Source: Octopus sinensis
Taxonomy: Eukaryota
NCBI RefSeq assembly: GCF_006345805.1
Contig: NC_043007.1
Span: 16,430,001-16,494,000 of the forward strand
Direction: 5' to 3'
Length of the DNA stretch: 64,000 bases
In this document: positions 40,730 through 54,620 of the stretch, piece by piece
How positions within the stretch are numbered: position 1 is the stretch's first letter
Layout of the letters: the number at the start of each line of letters is the position of its first letter
Translations under genes and position numbers: made by a program
The notes under the pieces: model-generated
Told to the model about the DNA's origin: nothing
The model's input: the letters and a program-made list of their open reading frames with translations, nothing else
The model's database searches: none

Positions 40730-40991
40730 TATATAATATTAATTAGAGACAAAACCACTATTTTGCAAATCAAAGAAAGAAAGACTTAATCCAATACATA
40801 AAAAATTTTAATATAAATTAAATAAAATTATATTCGCCACTACAATTGTTTCATGTCTCTTCTCAGAAGAAACAATTGTAGTGGCGAATATAATTTTATT
40901 TAATTTATATTAAAATTTTTTATGTATTGGATTAAGTCTTTCTTTGTTTGATTTGCAAAATAGTGGTTTTGTCTCTAATTAATATTATATA
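40730..40991. repeat. 123-bp inverted repeat with 16-nt spacer
   Basis: Arms 40730-40852 and 40869-40991; only one mismatch seen by eye; arms begin internally with GAAACAATTGTA. Confidence 0.92.
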
Positions 40992-41313
40992 ATATTTTAC
41001 TATAAAATTGGATTCAATCCTAAATCTGATTTTCCCTGTAAATTTGGATTTATTCCCTAATATTTATTTTATCATATATATGTGTGTGTGTGTGTGTTTA
41101 TAAAGTAAATGTAGGGATAAGCAAGTTAAACAGATCAATATATAATGTATATTAAATACAAGAAATACAAAATATGTATATATGTTTACATGCAAAAAGG
41201 TCCAACTTACACAGAATACAAATGATATTGAGAATTAAATGTGTTGAAGAAAAGTATTACAAATCCAACTGTTGTTTCTTAGGGCTCAGTGGTTCAAAAT
41301 AATGTTTGTAGAT

Positions 41314-41355
<42 letters not shown>

Positions 41356-41935
41356 CTAAATGTCGAACAATGAGAATGAACGCTCACCACCACAATGGTG
41401 GATAAAATTTCTGTATTTGTGTATTAAGGCTATCATTGGTTTCATGTTAAGAAAAATATCTTAATATCCTAAGAAATTTTCAAGCCTATCACATGGAGGA
41501 ATGGGTTTTGTCTTCATTTTAGATGAAAATCTTTCATCCAAAATGGAGACAAACACCATTCTGGGGCAGCGGGGAGAAAACAAGAGAAGCATTAAAATAT
41601 CTGATATGAAGAAAGTCAGTATCAAATCAGTGATACCAAAATGGCTGTGCTAAAACGGCTGTGCCAAAATGTTTCATGCTCCATCTGTTTGAGGGGAGAT
41701 GGAAGAGAGCTCGTTAGCAAAGACAAGGAGAGCTGCCTGCAGTGGCTTGTGGGTGAGAATCCAGGAAGACAAAGAACAACAAGCTGTGGTAATCAGTCTT
41801 AAGTGAATTCTTTCAGTGGATATCCAGAAGCCTCGTGCAGAAGAGGTACTGGAAAATGTGCACTGCCACCCTCGGTACCAATATAAAGCTTAACTGTGCA
41901 AGCAACTTCTGTAATATGGATCATGGATCTTAACT

Positions 41936-43382
41936 TTAACCCTTTCGTTACTGTATTTATTTTGAGATGCTCTGTGTTTCTTTCAATTACTTTAACCCTT
42001 TGGCATTTAAACTGGCCATATCCGGCCCAAATTTTCTACTTCATTTGTGTTCAAACCATCTAGATCTGGCCTCTCACACATATCCTACAATGCCATCCTC
42101 AAAATAAACCATCACATCATCAAATTCTCAGAGCTACAAGATAATGCAGGATTAATTCAAAACAATGTGAATGAAAAAGCTTTATATTTGACAGAGTAAT
42201 CTGAACGCTAAAGGATTAAATATACCAAAGAATTTAGTAAAATAACTTGGTTTATCATTCAGCTAGTGTTAGGAACATAAATTGCGACTAAGGTTTGGTG
42301 GAAGATTTTAATTCAAAACTTATGAAAACAAGACATTTGTACTACAGAGCCAGAGGCAGTTTCAGCTGGGTTGGTATCAGAAGGGTTGGTTAAAAATATC
42401 ATGGTGACTTTAACCCTTTTGTTAACATATTTCTGTTGAGATGCTCTGTGTTTCTTTCAATTAATTTAAAATATAACAAAGAATTTAGTAAAATAACTTG
42501 GTTATCATTAAGCTAGTGTTAGGAACATAAATTGTGACTAAGGTTTGGTGGAAGATTTTAATTCAAAACTTATGAAAACAAGACATTTGTACTACAGAGC
42601 CAGAGGCAGTTTCAGCTGGGTTGGTATCAGAAGGGTTGGTTAAAAATGTCATGGTGACTTTAACCCTTTTGTTAACATATTTCTGTTGAGATGCTCTGTG
42701 TTTCTTTCAATTAATTTAAAATATAACAAAGAATTTAGTAAAATAACTTGGTTATCATTAAGCTAGTGTTAGGAACATAAATTGCGACTAAGGTTTGGTG
42801 GAAGATTTTAATTCAAAACTTATGAAAACAAGACATTTGTACTACAGAGCCAGAGGCAGTTTCAGCTGGGTTGGTATCAGAAGGGTTGGTTAAAAATATC
42901 ATGGTGACTTTAACCCTTTTGTTAACATATTTCTGTTGAGATGCTCTGTGTTTCTTTCAATTAATTTAAAATATAACAAAGAATTTAGTAAAATAACTTA
43001 GTTATCATTCAGCTAGTGTTAGGAACATAAATTGTGGCTAAGGTTTGGTGGAAGATTTTAATTCAAAACTTATGAAAACAAGACATTTGTACTACAGAGC
43101 CAGAGGCAGTTTCAGCTGGGTTGGTATCAGAAGGGTTGGTTAAAAATATCATGGTGACTTTAACCCTTTTGTTAACATATTTCTGTTGAGATGCTCTGTG
43201 TTTCTTTCAATTAATTTAAAATATAACAAAGAATTTAGTAAAATAACTTAGATATCATTCAGCTAGTGTTAGGAACATAAATTGCGACTAAGGTTTGGTG
43301 GAAGATTTTAATTCAAAACTTATGAAAACAAGACATTTGTACTCAGAGCCAGTTTCAGCCGGGTTGGTAACGAAAGGGTTAA
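41936..43382 (+). repeat. Tandem array of five piggyBac-type MITEs (family A), 250-bp period
   Basis: GTTAACATATTTCTG recurs at 42421, 42671, 42921 and 43171; outer ends TTAACCCTTTCGTTAC and GTAACGAAAGGGTTAA; first unit carries a nested family B MITE. Confidence 0.92.
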
Positions 43383-43595
43383 AGTTATTCTCTGTGTATC
43401 CTAGCCATACATGTCCATATTAGTGCTGACATCATCTGCATATATTGGTCGATACCTTTAACTGTCCAGAGCAAAGGCTGTACCACTTGGACATATAATA
43501 ACTTCTGTTGTAATGACCTAACGAAGGAGATTCCACATCATCACTCAGCCTGATAGAAATAGCAGTCTAATCTCACTCAAATTTTAGTCTTCTAT

Positions 43596-43824
43596 TTAAC
43601 CCTTTCGTTACTGTATTTATTTTGAGATGTTCTGTGTTTTTTTTCAATTACTTTAAATATAACAAAGAATTTAGTAAAATAACTTAGTTATCATTCAGTT
43701 AGTGTTAGGAACATAGATTGTGACTAACATTTGGTGGAAGATTTTAATTATAAACTTATGAAAACAAGACATTTGTACTCAGAGCCAGAACCGGTTTCAG
43801 CCGGGTTGGTAACTAAAGGGTTAA
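43596..43824 (+). mobile_element. piggyBac-type MITE (family A), single copy; another at 53393-53623
   Basis: TTAA-CCCTTTCGTTAC ... GTAACTAAAGGG-TTAA; body shared with the array. Confidence 0.88.
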
Positions 43825-44674
43825 GCAGTAGATATAATTATATCTTGATTATGTTTGGGGCCCACTGATTTTGATAACAATATCCATGATTATAATAATG
43901 GCTTCTACTGTTTTACATATTTAAATATCTATATCATAAATCTACTTGCTCCGAATGTGTATATTCTTTTATTCTTTTACTTGTTTCTGTCATTTTATTG
44001 CAGCCATGCTGGAGCACGACCTTAAAGGGTTTTAGGTGAAGAAATCAATCCCAGGACTTATTCTTTGTAAACCTAGTACTTATTCTATCAGTCTCTTTTG
44101 CCAAACCACTAAGTAATGGAGTTGTAAACACACCAACATCGGTTGTCAAGCGATGGTTGGGGAACAAACACGGACACAAGGACACAGAGTATGTGCTGGT
44201 ACAAGAATGGCTGTATGGTTAAGAAATTTGCTTTCCAACCACATGGTTTTGGATTCAGTTCCACTGAGTGGCCCTTTGGGCAAGTATCTTCTATCACAAG
44301 CCTGGACCAAACATTGCCTTGTGAGTGAATTTGGTCAGTGGAAGCTGTGTGGAAACCCATCATTTGTGTGTGTGTTCATGTCTGTGTTTGTTACACACAT
44401 GCATACCATTTGATAGCCAGTGTTGGTTTGTTTACATCCCTGTAATTCAGTGGTTTGGCATAGGAGCCCTATAGAATAGTACCAGACTTAACTAGAAAAA
44501 GAAATACTGGAATCACTTCATTCAACTAAAACCCTTTAAGGTAAGTGCTCCAGCATAGCCACAGTCCAGTGACTGGGAACAAGAATAAAAGACGCATGTC
44601 TGCTGAATAATGTGTGTATCAATTAGTGTGTAAAGACTTCATTATATTTATCTGTCTGTTATTTCCTCTTCCAG

Positions 44675-44711
44675 ACTCTTGGATGAAGAGACAGGGTTTG
44701 ATGACAATCAG
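44675..44711 (+). CDS. CAPN-like: Calpain linker exon LLDEETGFDDNQ
   Basis: atttcctcttccag acceptor, CAG|GTAACA donor, 37 nt phase 2 to 0; fits the short acidic exon that follows domain III in classical calpains. Confidence 0.88.
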
Positions 44712-45829
44712 GTAACAATTTCTACTTTACCATTTCTTAAAATTCCTCCCTTTTGTTAGATACCAAAAATATTATTAATTCATGAATTAACATTTTTGAC
44801 TTCGAAAAAACATTTAAAATTATGAAGTATTACCAACAGTGTGTTGAGGTTATGAGATAAATATATATGAGATATATTTAGATAGAGTGCCGATGCCGGC
44901 GCCGCCTCGACTGGCTTCCGTGTCGGTGGCACGTAAAAAGCACCATCCGAATCGTGGCCGAAGCCAGTGCCACCTCGACTGGCTCCCGTGCAGGTGGCAC
45001 GTAAAAAGCACCATCCGAATCGTGGCCGAAGCCAGTGCCACCTCGACTGGCTCCCGTGCAGGTGGCACGTAAAATGCACCAATCCGACCGTGGCCGATGC
45101 CAGCCTCGCCTGGCACCAGTGCAGGTAGCACGTAAAAAGCACCCACTACACTCACGGAGTGGTTGGCGTTAGGAAGGGCATCCAGCTGTAGAAACATTGC
45201 CAAAAAAGACTGGAGCCTGGTGCAGCCTTCTGGCTTCCCAGATCCCCGGTCGAACCGTCCAACCCATGCTAGCATGGAGAACGGACGTTAAACGATGATG
45301 ATGATGATGATGATGGTAAAGTCACATGGCTCAGTGGTTCAAGCATTGGGCTCATAATAATGAGGTAATGAGCTCAATTCCCGGACTGAGCTGGGTGTTG
45401 TGTTCTTGAGCAAGACACTTTATTCCACGTTGCTCCAGTTCACTCAGTAGTAGAAATGGGTTTCAACATCACTGGTGCCAAGCTGTATCAGCCTTTGCCT
45501 TTCCCTTCAATAACATTGGTTGCATGGAGAGGGGAGGCTTGTATGCATGGGTGATTACTGGTCTTCCATAAACAACCTTGCCCGGACTTGTGCCTCAGAG
45601 GGTAACTTTCTAGGCGTTCATGACCAATGGAGGTCTTTACCCTTTTTTATTTAGATAAAAATAAAATCATGTGATCATTAAAAGCAGCTTATTAAGCTAG
45701 CTGCCTGTGTACCTTAGGGAGCTGCATGGTGTCAAAAGAAATTACAAATTATGATCACGGTGACAATATATTTAGGTATTATTATATGTGACTGTTGAAG
45801 TTATTCTCCTAAAATTATATTTCATAATA

Positions 45830-46129
<300 letters not shown>

Positions 46130-47379
46130 ATACTCTGTAAAATTCCTTGTATGAGAAATTATGTATTTACTGAATGGCCTAATACTGGTACAGATCACAG
46201 ACTGTTAGTATGATATCTGTCTTTTGTGCAAACATGGCCAACTGGTTCTGAAGTTTACTCCACAAATACAAGGTCTTGTATTTGATCCCATCGTGTGGCT
46301 TCTTTGACAGATATCGTCTACTTTGGCCTAAGGTTAATCAAAGTTTTGTAATTGGAATTCAGTTCAGTTTGGAAGAGTATCATACAGGCTGTACTTGTAA
46401 TTCAAAGAATCCAAACTTTGTTGCAACACAGTCCTGTTATTTTTGGTTGAGAATTACATGAAGAATGTAAAAGACTGTGGTATATTCAGTCACTTAGACT
46501 TTAACCCTTTAGCATTTCAACTAGCCTTATCTGGTCCAAATATTCTACCAGTTTTATGTTCACATTAGCCAGATTCAGCCTCTCACACTTACTCTACAAT
46601 ATCATTCTAAGAATAAACAATCATATCATCGAAGCTATGAGATAATGCGTGATTAATTCAATTAATTCAAAACAATGTGAATAAATGAACATTACATTTG
46701 ACAGAGTAATCCAAACATCAAAGGGTTAAATACAAGATCTCACTGAACCTGTTAACCAAAAGACTTTTCTTCTTGAGAATTACACTAAAGATACAAGTAT
46801 CTGTGGAATACTCAGCCATATCATACTATAATTCATGATGTTATGGTGTTTGTACTTCAATGGTCCTGACTTTGTTGCATACATTGTGCAATACTGTTTC
46901 TGCCTGAAGATTATGTTAAAGATATGGCTCAGTGGTTCGAACATCAGGCTCATAATAATGAGGTAGTGAGTTTGATTCCTGGACTGAGCTGTGTGTTGTG
47001 TCCTTGAGCAAGACACTTTATTTCATATTTCTCCAGTTCACTCAGCTGTAGAAATGAATTGCAAAATCACTGGTGCCAGGCCATATCAGCCTTTGCCTTT
47101 CATTTGGAGAACATCGGTGGTGTGGAGAGGGGAAGCTCCACTAGACATTTCATCCTTGCTCCTTTTTTTTTGTTTTTTTTTTTATCAAAATTAATAAATC
47201 AGTATTTATGAAAATTTACAACTAAAATTTCATTGCTCAAATAACACAACTTTTATTTCCTTTTAAAACAGAGCTTATTGTTTTAAAGTTATCAAGATAT
47301 TTTCTTCATAACATTTTTAAAAACTATTGTTATGGTTGTGACAGAATCATATTTATTTCGCATTGAGCAGCATATTCAT

Positions 47380-47860
47380 TATTATATTAATCACATATAT
47401 TATTATATTAATTGCATATATATTATTATTTTAACCACATATATATATTATCATATTAATTGTGTATATATATATATTCTTTATATTTTTATATTCAGTT
47501 TTTACATAATTACTTAGTAGTGATACTAAAATAGTTTCAGTAGTGATACTAAACGATACTAAAATAGTCTATCATCCCCCTACGACTAGTTTCTGATACC
47601 CTACAACTCACAATTTTAATAAATATTTTCTGTTTTTGTGTTTATTTTATTTCATTTTATTTCATCATATATAATATTATGTTAATATTATATTTATATT
47701 ATATTAATATTATATATCTATTGTATTAATATTATGTGTGTGTATATATATAATATATACATACATATATTTATTATATACATACATTTTTGTTCCATTT
47801 CATATATATATATTATATATATATAATATACATATATATTATATATATATAATATACATA

Positions 47861-47934
<74 letters not shown>

Positions 47935-48020
47935 CATTCATATATTTATATATGTATGTATGTATGTATGTATATTATACAGTTATATTATTTATATATT
48001 ATATATATAATATATCGTAT
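47380..48020. repeat. Low-complexity AT/(TA)n tract
   Basis: Direct reading. Confidence 0.9.
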
Positions 48021-51000
48021 ATATCATCCCTAATGGCTATATTTGCTGGTTTATAATTATTTTTTTTGTCACAAGTTGGAAATGATAAGTATATGTCGAC
48101 TTCAAGCTCAACCACCCCAATGTAGCCCCTCCAAAGGCAGCTCTTTTGTGACAGAGAGAGCTACATCCAGACAACAAGGAATTGCTTTCCAAGCAATAGT
48201 ACCAAGTCATACTGCACGACCCGCAGTTGTGGGACCGAAGGTAGTGATTGGGGTATAGACCCCAACAAGCATGGAGTTACCCAAAACCACACTGGTTTCT
48301 GCATGATTTCTGATTTTTAAAAAAAAACCCTTTTTAATCACACCAAATCCTATTTGATTAAACTGATTTATTTTGAAAAGTGTTTAAGGTGGGGAAATGT
48401 CCAAGTTGCTGTCTTCCATGTATTGGTGTATTGTTTACTATCTTTGATATTTTAACCTCTTACCTACTACTTACTTTATGGCTCATCATGTTGTGCCCTC
48501 AGTCTACCATCAATATTGGTTTCACATGATCAGTGAAAACTTTCATTGAATATATACACTATGGATTCTGTAAGGTCCCAGATAATATCATTCAATTATA
48601 CTACAGGGAATTGTAGGGTTATACAAATGCTGTCATTGCAATGTATTCAATGGAATATACTAAGGGAGTGTAAGGGCTCAGACAGATGCTGACTTAGAAA
48701 TATAATATAGGTGCTGTGATTAGTTACTAAAGTATAATATAGGAGATGTATAGGGTCACAGATGCTGTCATTAAGGTATACTATAGGAGTCCTTTATACT
48801 CAAACAGATGCTGTTATTGCAATGTATTAGAGGGACTGTATAGAATCTCTTAGAATGTCATCTAAATATAGTTTGGGAGCTGTGTATGTTGATATAAATA
48901 TATTATAATCTTACAGGCGTTGACATTGAAATGAAATATGATGAATGTATAATTCTGCACATAATACCATTGAAAGATGGTATAGAGTGCAAATAACATT
49001 GCATATGGCACGTATAGTACCATTGAAAGATGATTTAGGGCGTATATAAGATCTCATACGTTACTATTGAAATAAGAAACAAAGGTTATATAAGGCCATA
49101 TATAGTATCATTGGTGTAAATTATAGGAAGTTTACGGGGACAACATCGACATCATTAAAATATATTGAGGCAAGTTTGAAATCACAAAAGTTTGCTGTCA
49201 AATACATTGCTTAAATTTTACAATGTTCAAATATATTTACCATTTAGATATATAGTCAGGGTTGTCTGTAAGGTGATACAAATTCTCAGTCATATATACT
49301 TAGTTTGTTTTTTCATGATCAGACTCCAAAGAGACTGGTGTTGGTCTGCATCAGCAAGATTTATATTATTTAATGAAATCAAAAAAAAAAGGATACAGTG
49401 AACTTTCTGTGGGGAGTGGAATATCTGATGTTTCAGAGAGTTCTTCTCCAGGAAAACGTTGATGGGAAGAAATTGAGACACAGCAGAATTTTACATCCTC
49501 TAAGTTAGAAAACTTCGTTGCAACTGATGAGGAACATAAAACCACTGGCAATTCATACATGAACAGGAGGTGGTAGTAGAGAAAAACATGGTAAGAGAAG
49601 TAGTAGGAGAGAGGAATAGAATAAGGAGAAGAAGGAAACAAAGTCAAGAGTAAGGTGAAGGGAAAAGATAAGATGATAGGATGGTTGAAGGATAACATAT
49701 ACTTAATAGCCCCTGCTCCCCATGGAACATTAGGTGACAACTCAAGCATACAGATAGTCATAGTTCTGAAGAAGAAATAAGTTGGTACTTGCAGGAATCC
49801 CATTTGATCATAGGTCTGCAGTATCAGGACTGATCTGTGGCTCAGCTACAACAAATATAACAATGGCAATACTGGTCCTGTGGATTAGTATTTCAAGGAC
49901 AAAACATCCAGAAATAGTAAAGATTGCAGTTACTTTCTAGAATGCTCTGATATTCTGTGCTATGTTTACAATGGAGAGATGTCATGTCAGCCCTTTTATT
50001 ATCATATTTCTGTTAAAATATACTGTCTTTGTTTCAATGAATCTTGAAAATAAAGAAGAATTTAGAAAAATAGATTTCTTTATTGGCCACGCAGGGCTCA
50101 ACACAGAAGGGACAAAATACAGAGTAGAGCTTTTCTTTTTGGGAAGAAGAAGGAAAAAAAAAAAAAGAAGCGGTTGAATTCCGATCAAGAGGGATTGTGG
50201 AAAAAAATATATATAAAGTGGGGGCCGATCAATAAAATAACTTTATGAATGTTAAGCTGGTGTTTGGAACACTTAATATGAAATTTTTGAAGGACGATTT
50301 TAATTTAGATCACTTTCAGAAGTGTAGTTTGTATGAGAAACTCAGATGGTCTCAAACAGAATGGTATCTTATGGGTTAGACCAGAAATAGAACTATTGAT
50401 ATTTTACCATTATGGAACATCATTAGTGCCATAAATGTTTTAAATAAACAATTGCAGCGTGGAAGGTGTTTATAAGCCATTTAAGAAACACACAAAAACT
50501 GTTAGATTCACTTCAACATTTAAATTTAATTTGTCAAAATATTTTTGTTGCTTTGAGGCTGTGACCTGTTCACTGACAAAACTTCGTGTTGCATCTGACG
50601 CTGCAATTGTTTTCGTTCCAGCACACGATCTCAGATCAAGTCACTTGCTATGCAAGTACATCTCCGTAATGTTTTAAATATTTCGTTTGGAATTCCATAC
50701 AGTGAATTTACCATTATATTAAATTAATGTCACTTTAAAGTTGAAATAGTTACAGAAGTAAGAATTGGTGGGTTGGGTTGGGGTGGGCAATACTTGATGC
50801 TCAAATGATTTTTTTCTCTCTAAATATTAGATTGAGGTCTTTGTCAGTGTTTGTGTTGTGGTTCTTGTTCTGGTTGTCTTTACTACCATCTTTAATGTCG
50901 GTGTCTTGTTGCCGTTGTTGAGTTGCAGTTACCAAGTAATGTACTTATTCTTGACTTCAACATTGCAAGACTGTGTCACACACTTGGTGTTGTCTTTTAT

Positions 51001-52347
51001 CTCTGATCTACACACTTGACTCTACTTACCAAAAGCACTCTATTTCGAATTAAAAAAGAAACTGTTTTCACTCTGTTTATACTCAATGTTGACTTTATTA
51101 ACAGATTTAATCTAGACATTGTGTTGTGATAGTTGGACTTGAGCGTCAACATTGTACAAGCAATGTCGTTTGTTTCCAATCCTCTGTGGGGAAAATGTCT
51201 GACCATCTAGCTGTAAAAAAATTTTACCTTAACGAATTCCACCTGACCTATGCAAGCATGAAAGAACGGATATTAAATTATGATGACTGGAAATCTCAGC
51301 TTACTGATCTACAAATTAGCAGCTCAGTAGTTCATATCCTCTCACTAGTGTTGCATGTGTATTATGTCATAGATTAAGTTATCTAGAGATGATCAACAAC
51401 TCAATCTATGCAGTTATCCCTATCGAATTCAAATTCAATGACTGGCACCCGTACTAGTGGAGTGCTAAGAGTACCATACGAGTGAGATCATTGCCAGAGC
51501 AACAAGCTGGCAGTCTCCCTTGAAAACCAGTGTTGGTTTGTTTATGTCCCCATAACTTTGCAGTTTAGCAAAAGCAACTCTCAGAATAAGTACCAGACTT
51601 TCTAAAATTAAGTACTGGAGTAGAATTCTTCAACAAAAACTCTACTGGAACAAGTGAAAGATAAGATATATAAACTTATGAATATGTTTATTGTGCTTAT
51701 ATATTATAAACACCAAAGTGAAATAAAGCATACATACAACTGATAATATCTGTGATATATATCAATATACGATTTATTCTGTTGTATACAAAATAAAAAA
51801 ATGCATCTGTTATACAAATATGTTGACCGCTTTATTAATTATTGAGAATGGTTTTCAATAGGGAAATCAAAATATCTTTTTTTTTTTGCCATATTTACGA
51901 CTATAAATATTTATATACTATATCATTTATTATAATTTTTATTATTATTAAGGTGGCGAGCTGGCAGAATCGTAAGCATGCCAGACAAAATGCTTAGCAG
52001 TATTTTGTCTGCTGTTACATTCTGAGTTCGAATTCCGCCAAGGTTGATTTCGCCTATCATCCTTTTGGGGGCTGGTAAATAAAGTACCAGTTGAGTACTG
52101 GGGTCAATGTGATCGACTGTACCCCTCGACAGAAAAATCCAGGACATATGCCTATAATAGAAAGGATTATTATTATTATTAGGAAGGGCATCCAGCTGTA
52201 GAAACTCTACCAGATCAGATTGGAGCCTGGTGCAGCCATCTGGTTCGCCAGTCCTCAGTCAAATCGTCCAACCCATGCTAGCATGGAAAGCGGACACTAA
52301 ATGATGATGATGATTATTATTATTATTATCATTATCATTATTATTAT

Positions 52348-52379
<32 letters not shown>

Positions 52380-52674
52380 TATTATTATTATTATTATTAT
52401 TATTGAATGAGAGAACAGCGCATGCTATCAAAGTGACACCGAGGTACAAATATATGAAGCCCCATATACCCACCATGACTACCCGTCGTGGTTCGTCTTT
52501 AAAGACAAATTGGAGACAAAGGATGCTTTATGTTCATTCAAAATGTCTGTCTATGTTTGTGTGAGTGTCTGAGCAAACTTATACATATTGTTTATTGTTC
52601 CCTTTCCTGTCTATGTCCTTTGTTTTTTGTGCTATTTTGAACCATATATATGTGTGTGTGTGTTTATATGTATG

Positions 52675-52731
<57 letters not shown>

Positions 52732-54203
52732 GAGATAACTCATGTTAATGTTTCAATCATATATATTATTCTTCTGTATTTTCTGTCAATAGCTCTTCCC
52801 ATTCTTACCATTGTTGTAGTTGTATCACCTACTCCAACATTTCTTTCTTTTAAATTCTCTTATTCATTTCTTCTTTGTTTGCTACTCCTGCCAAATATCA
52901 CAGTCAGACACCTCATCCTTCCACTCACTTTCATTTTACTTCTGCTATAACTCATTCTCTATTAGTCCTTTGACAGGTACTTACATTCACATTATATCTT
53001 TACTGTGAAATCATAAAAATACACATGACTAATTATTTAATATATGTGGCGTATGCACTGAAAACAAAAATTAAAAAAAGTCAGACATGAAAATATCTAT
53101 GATATTATATATACATACTAAACTGAAATATAAGCACATATATGACTTTAATATCTATGATATGTATTATATACATTAAAATGAAATAAACTTTAGTTTT
53201 GCTATTAGTTAAGACTAAGGAACATTGCTGTGGCTGCTTGGCGTCCTAAAAATAGCAGCCAAATTTCCTTTAAATCTCACTTTACTGTCTTATAAGATAC
53301 ATTAGATAAAGTAATCCTCTAAGAAGACAGGATGGTCATCATTATTGGAATGCCTTTGATCATTGATTTGCTCAGTCTGGTTTGGCCATGTGTTAACCCT
53401 TTTGTTACCGTATTTATTTTGAGATGCTCTGTGTTTCATTCAATTAATTTTAAATTTAACAAAGAATTTAGTAAAATGAATTTAGTTATCATTAAACTAG
53501 TGTTGGGAACATAAATTGTGACTTAGGTTTGAGGGAAGAATTTAATTCAGTACTTATGAAAGTAAGACATTTGTACTACAGAGCCAGAGGCAGTTTTGGC
53601 TGGGTTGGTATCAAAAGGGTTAAACAACAATAGTTGTTTCAAGACAGCAAACCAGATTACAAAATTTGTTGTAATTATTGATGAATAATTCTCCCATTTC
53701 ATTGTTTTCTCAACACTAGTGTTAGTAACAGCACTAGCGTTCATGATGACTGATAATGAGATACAGCCTTTACTAACAAACATACGCACACACTTACATG
53801 CTCAATATTTTTTTCATTGCTCAGATGAACACAGAATCTTTTTCCTGTTATGAATTTCAAACTTTATCTTTTCTCCTTTTGTCATTCAATCTAATTCACA
53901 TGGCACACCTTTTCATTATACAAACTTCCTGATCTTCCACTGTGTTTGTTTCCAAATACCAATAAACTTCACCATTTTGCTTTGATGTCATAGTTCGTTT
54001 TTTTCTGTGTTCTGTGTGTGTGGTGAGGGGGAAGGTGGGTGAAGTTTTCTCAACTGTGATGTTTGTATGTTCCAAACTTTGTATTGTATTAACTTCTGAA
54101 ATACACTTTCTTTTTCTATTTTTTTTTTAAGTAAATTTCATAATCAACTTTGTGTATTTGCCGAGCAGTTGTTCTTTGGGGTTATATCATATTATGCCTG
54201 TCT

Positions 54204-54620
54204 AAGGCAGTGAGCTGGGCAGAAACGTTAGCACGCCGGGCGAAATGCTTAGCAGTATTTTGTCTGTCGTTACGTTCTGAGTTCAAATTCCGCCAAGGTT
54301 GACTTTGCCTTTCATTCTTTTGAGGTCAATAAATAAAGTACCAGTTTCGCACTGGGGTCGATGTAATCGACTTAATCCGTGTGTCTGTCCTTGTTTGTCC
54401 CCTCTGTGTTTAGCCCCTTGTGGTTTGTAAAGAAATAGGTATTTCGTCTGTCATTACATTCTGAGTTCAAATTCCACCAAGATTGACTTTGCCTTTCATC
54501 CTTTCGGGGTCGATAAATTAAGTACCAGTTTCTCACTGGGGTCGATGTAATCAACTTAATCCCTTTGTCTGTCCTTGTTTGTCCCCTCTATATTTAGCCC
54601 CTTGTGGGCAGTAAAGAAAT
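54204..54620 (+). mobile_element. Family B SINE dimer
   Basis: Units start at 54254 and 54438; flanking direct repeat TATATCATATTATGCCTGTCT. Confidence 0.85.

Noticed and set aside
41936-43382. CRISPR-like repeat-spacer array
   Set aside because: Spacers are essentially identical, units are 250 bp with piggyBac-type ends, there are no cas genes, and the context is a eukaryotic intron.
48076-48240. 165-nt stop-free phase 0/0 candidate exon (LEMISICRLQAQPP...VVGPK)
   Set aside because: The acceptor is plausible, but the donor GTAGTG is weak and the peptide has no calpain resemblance; chance is likely without RNA-seq.
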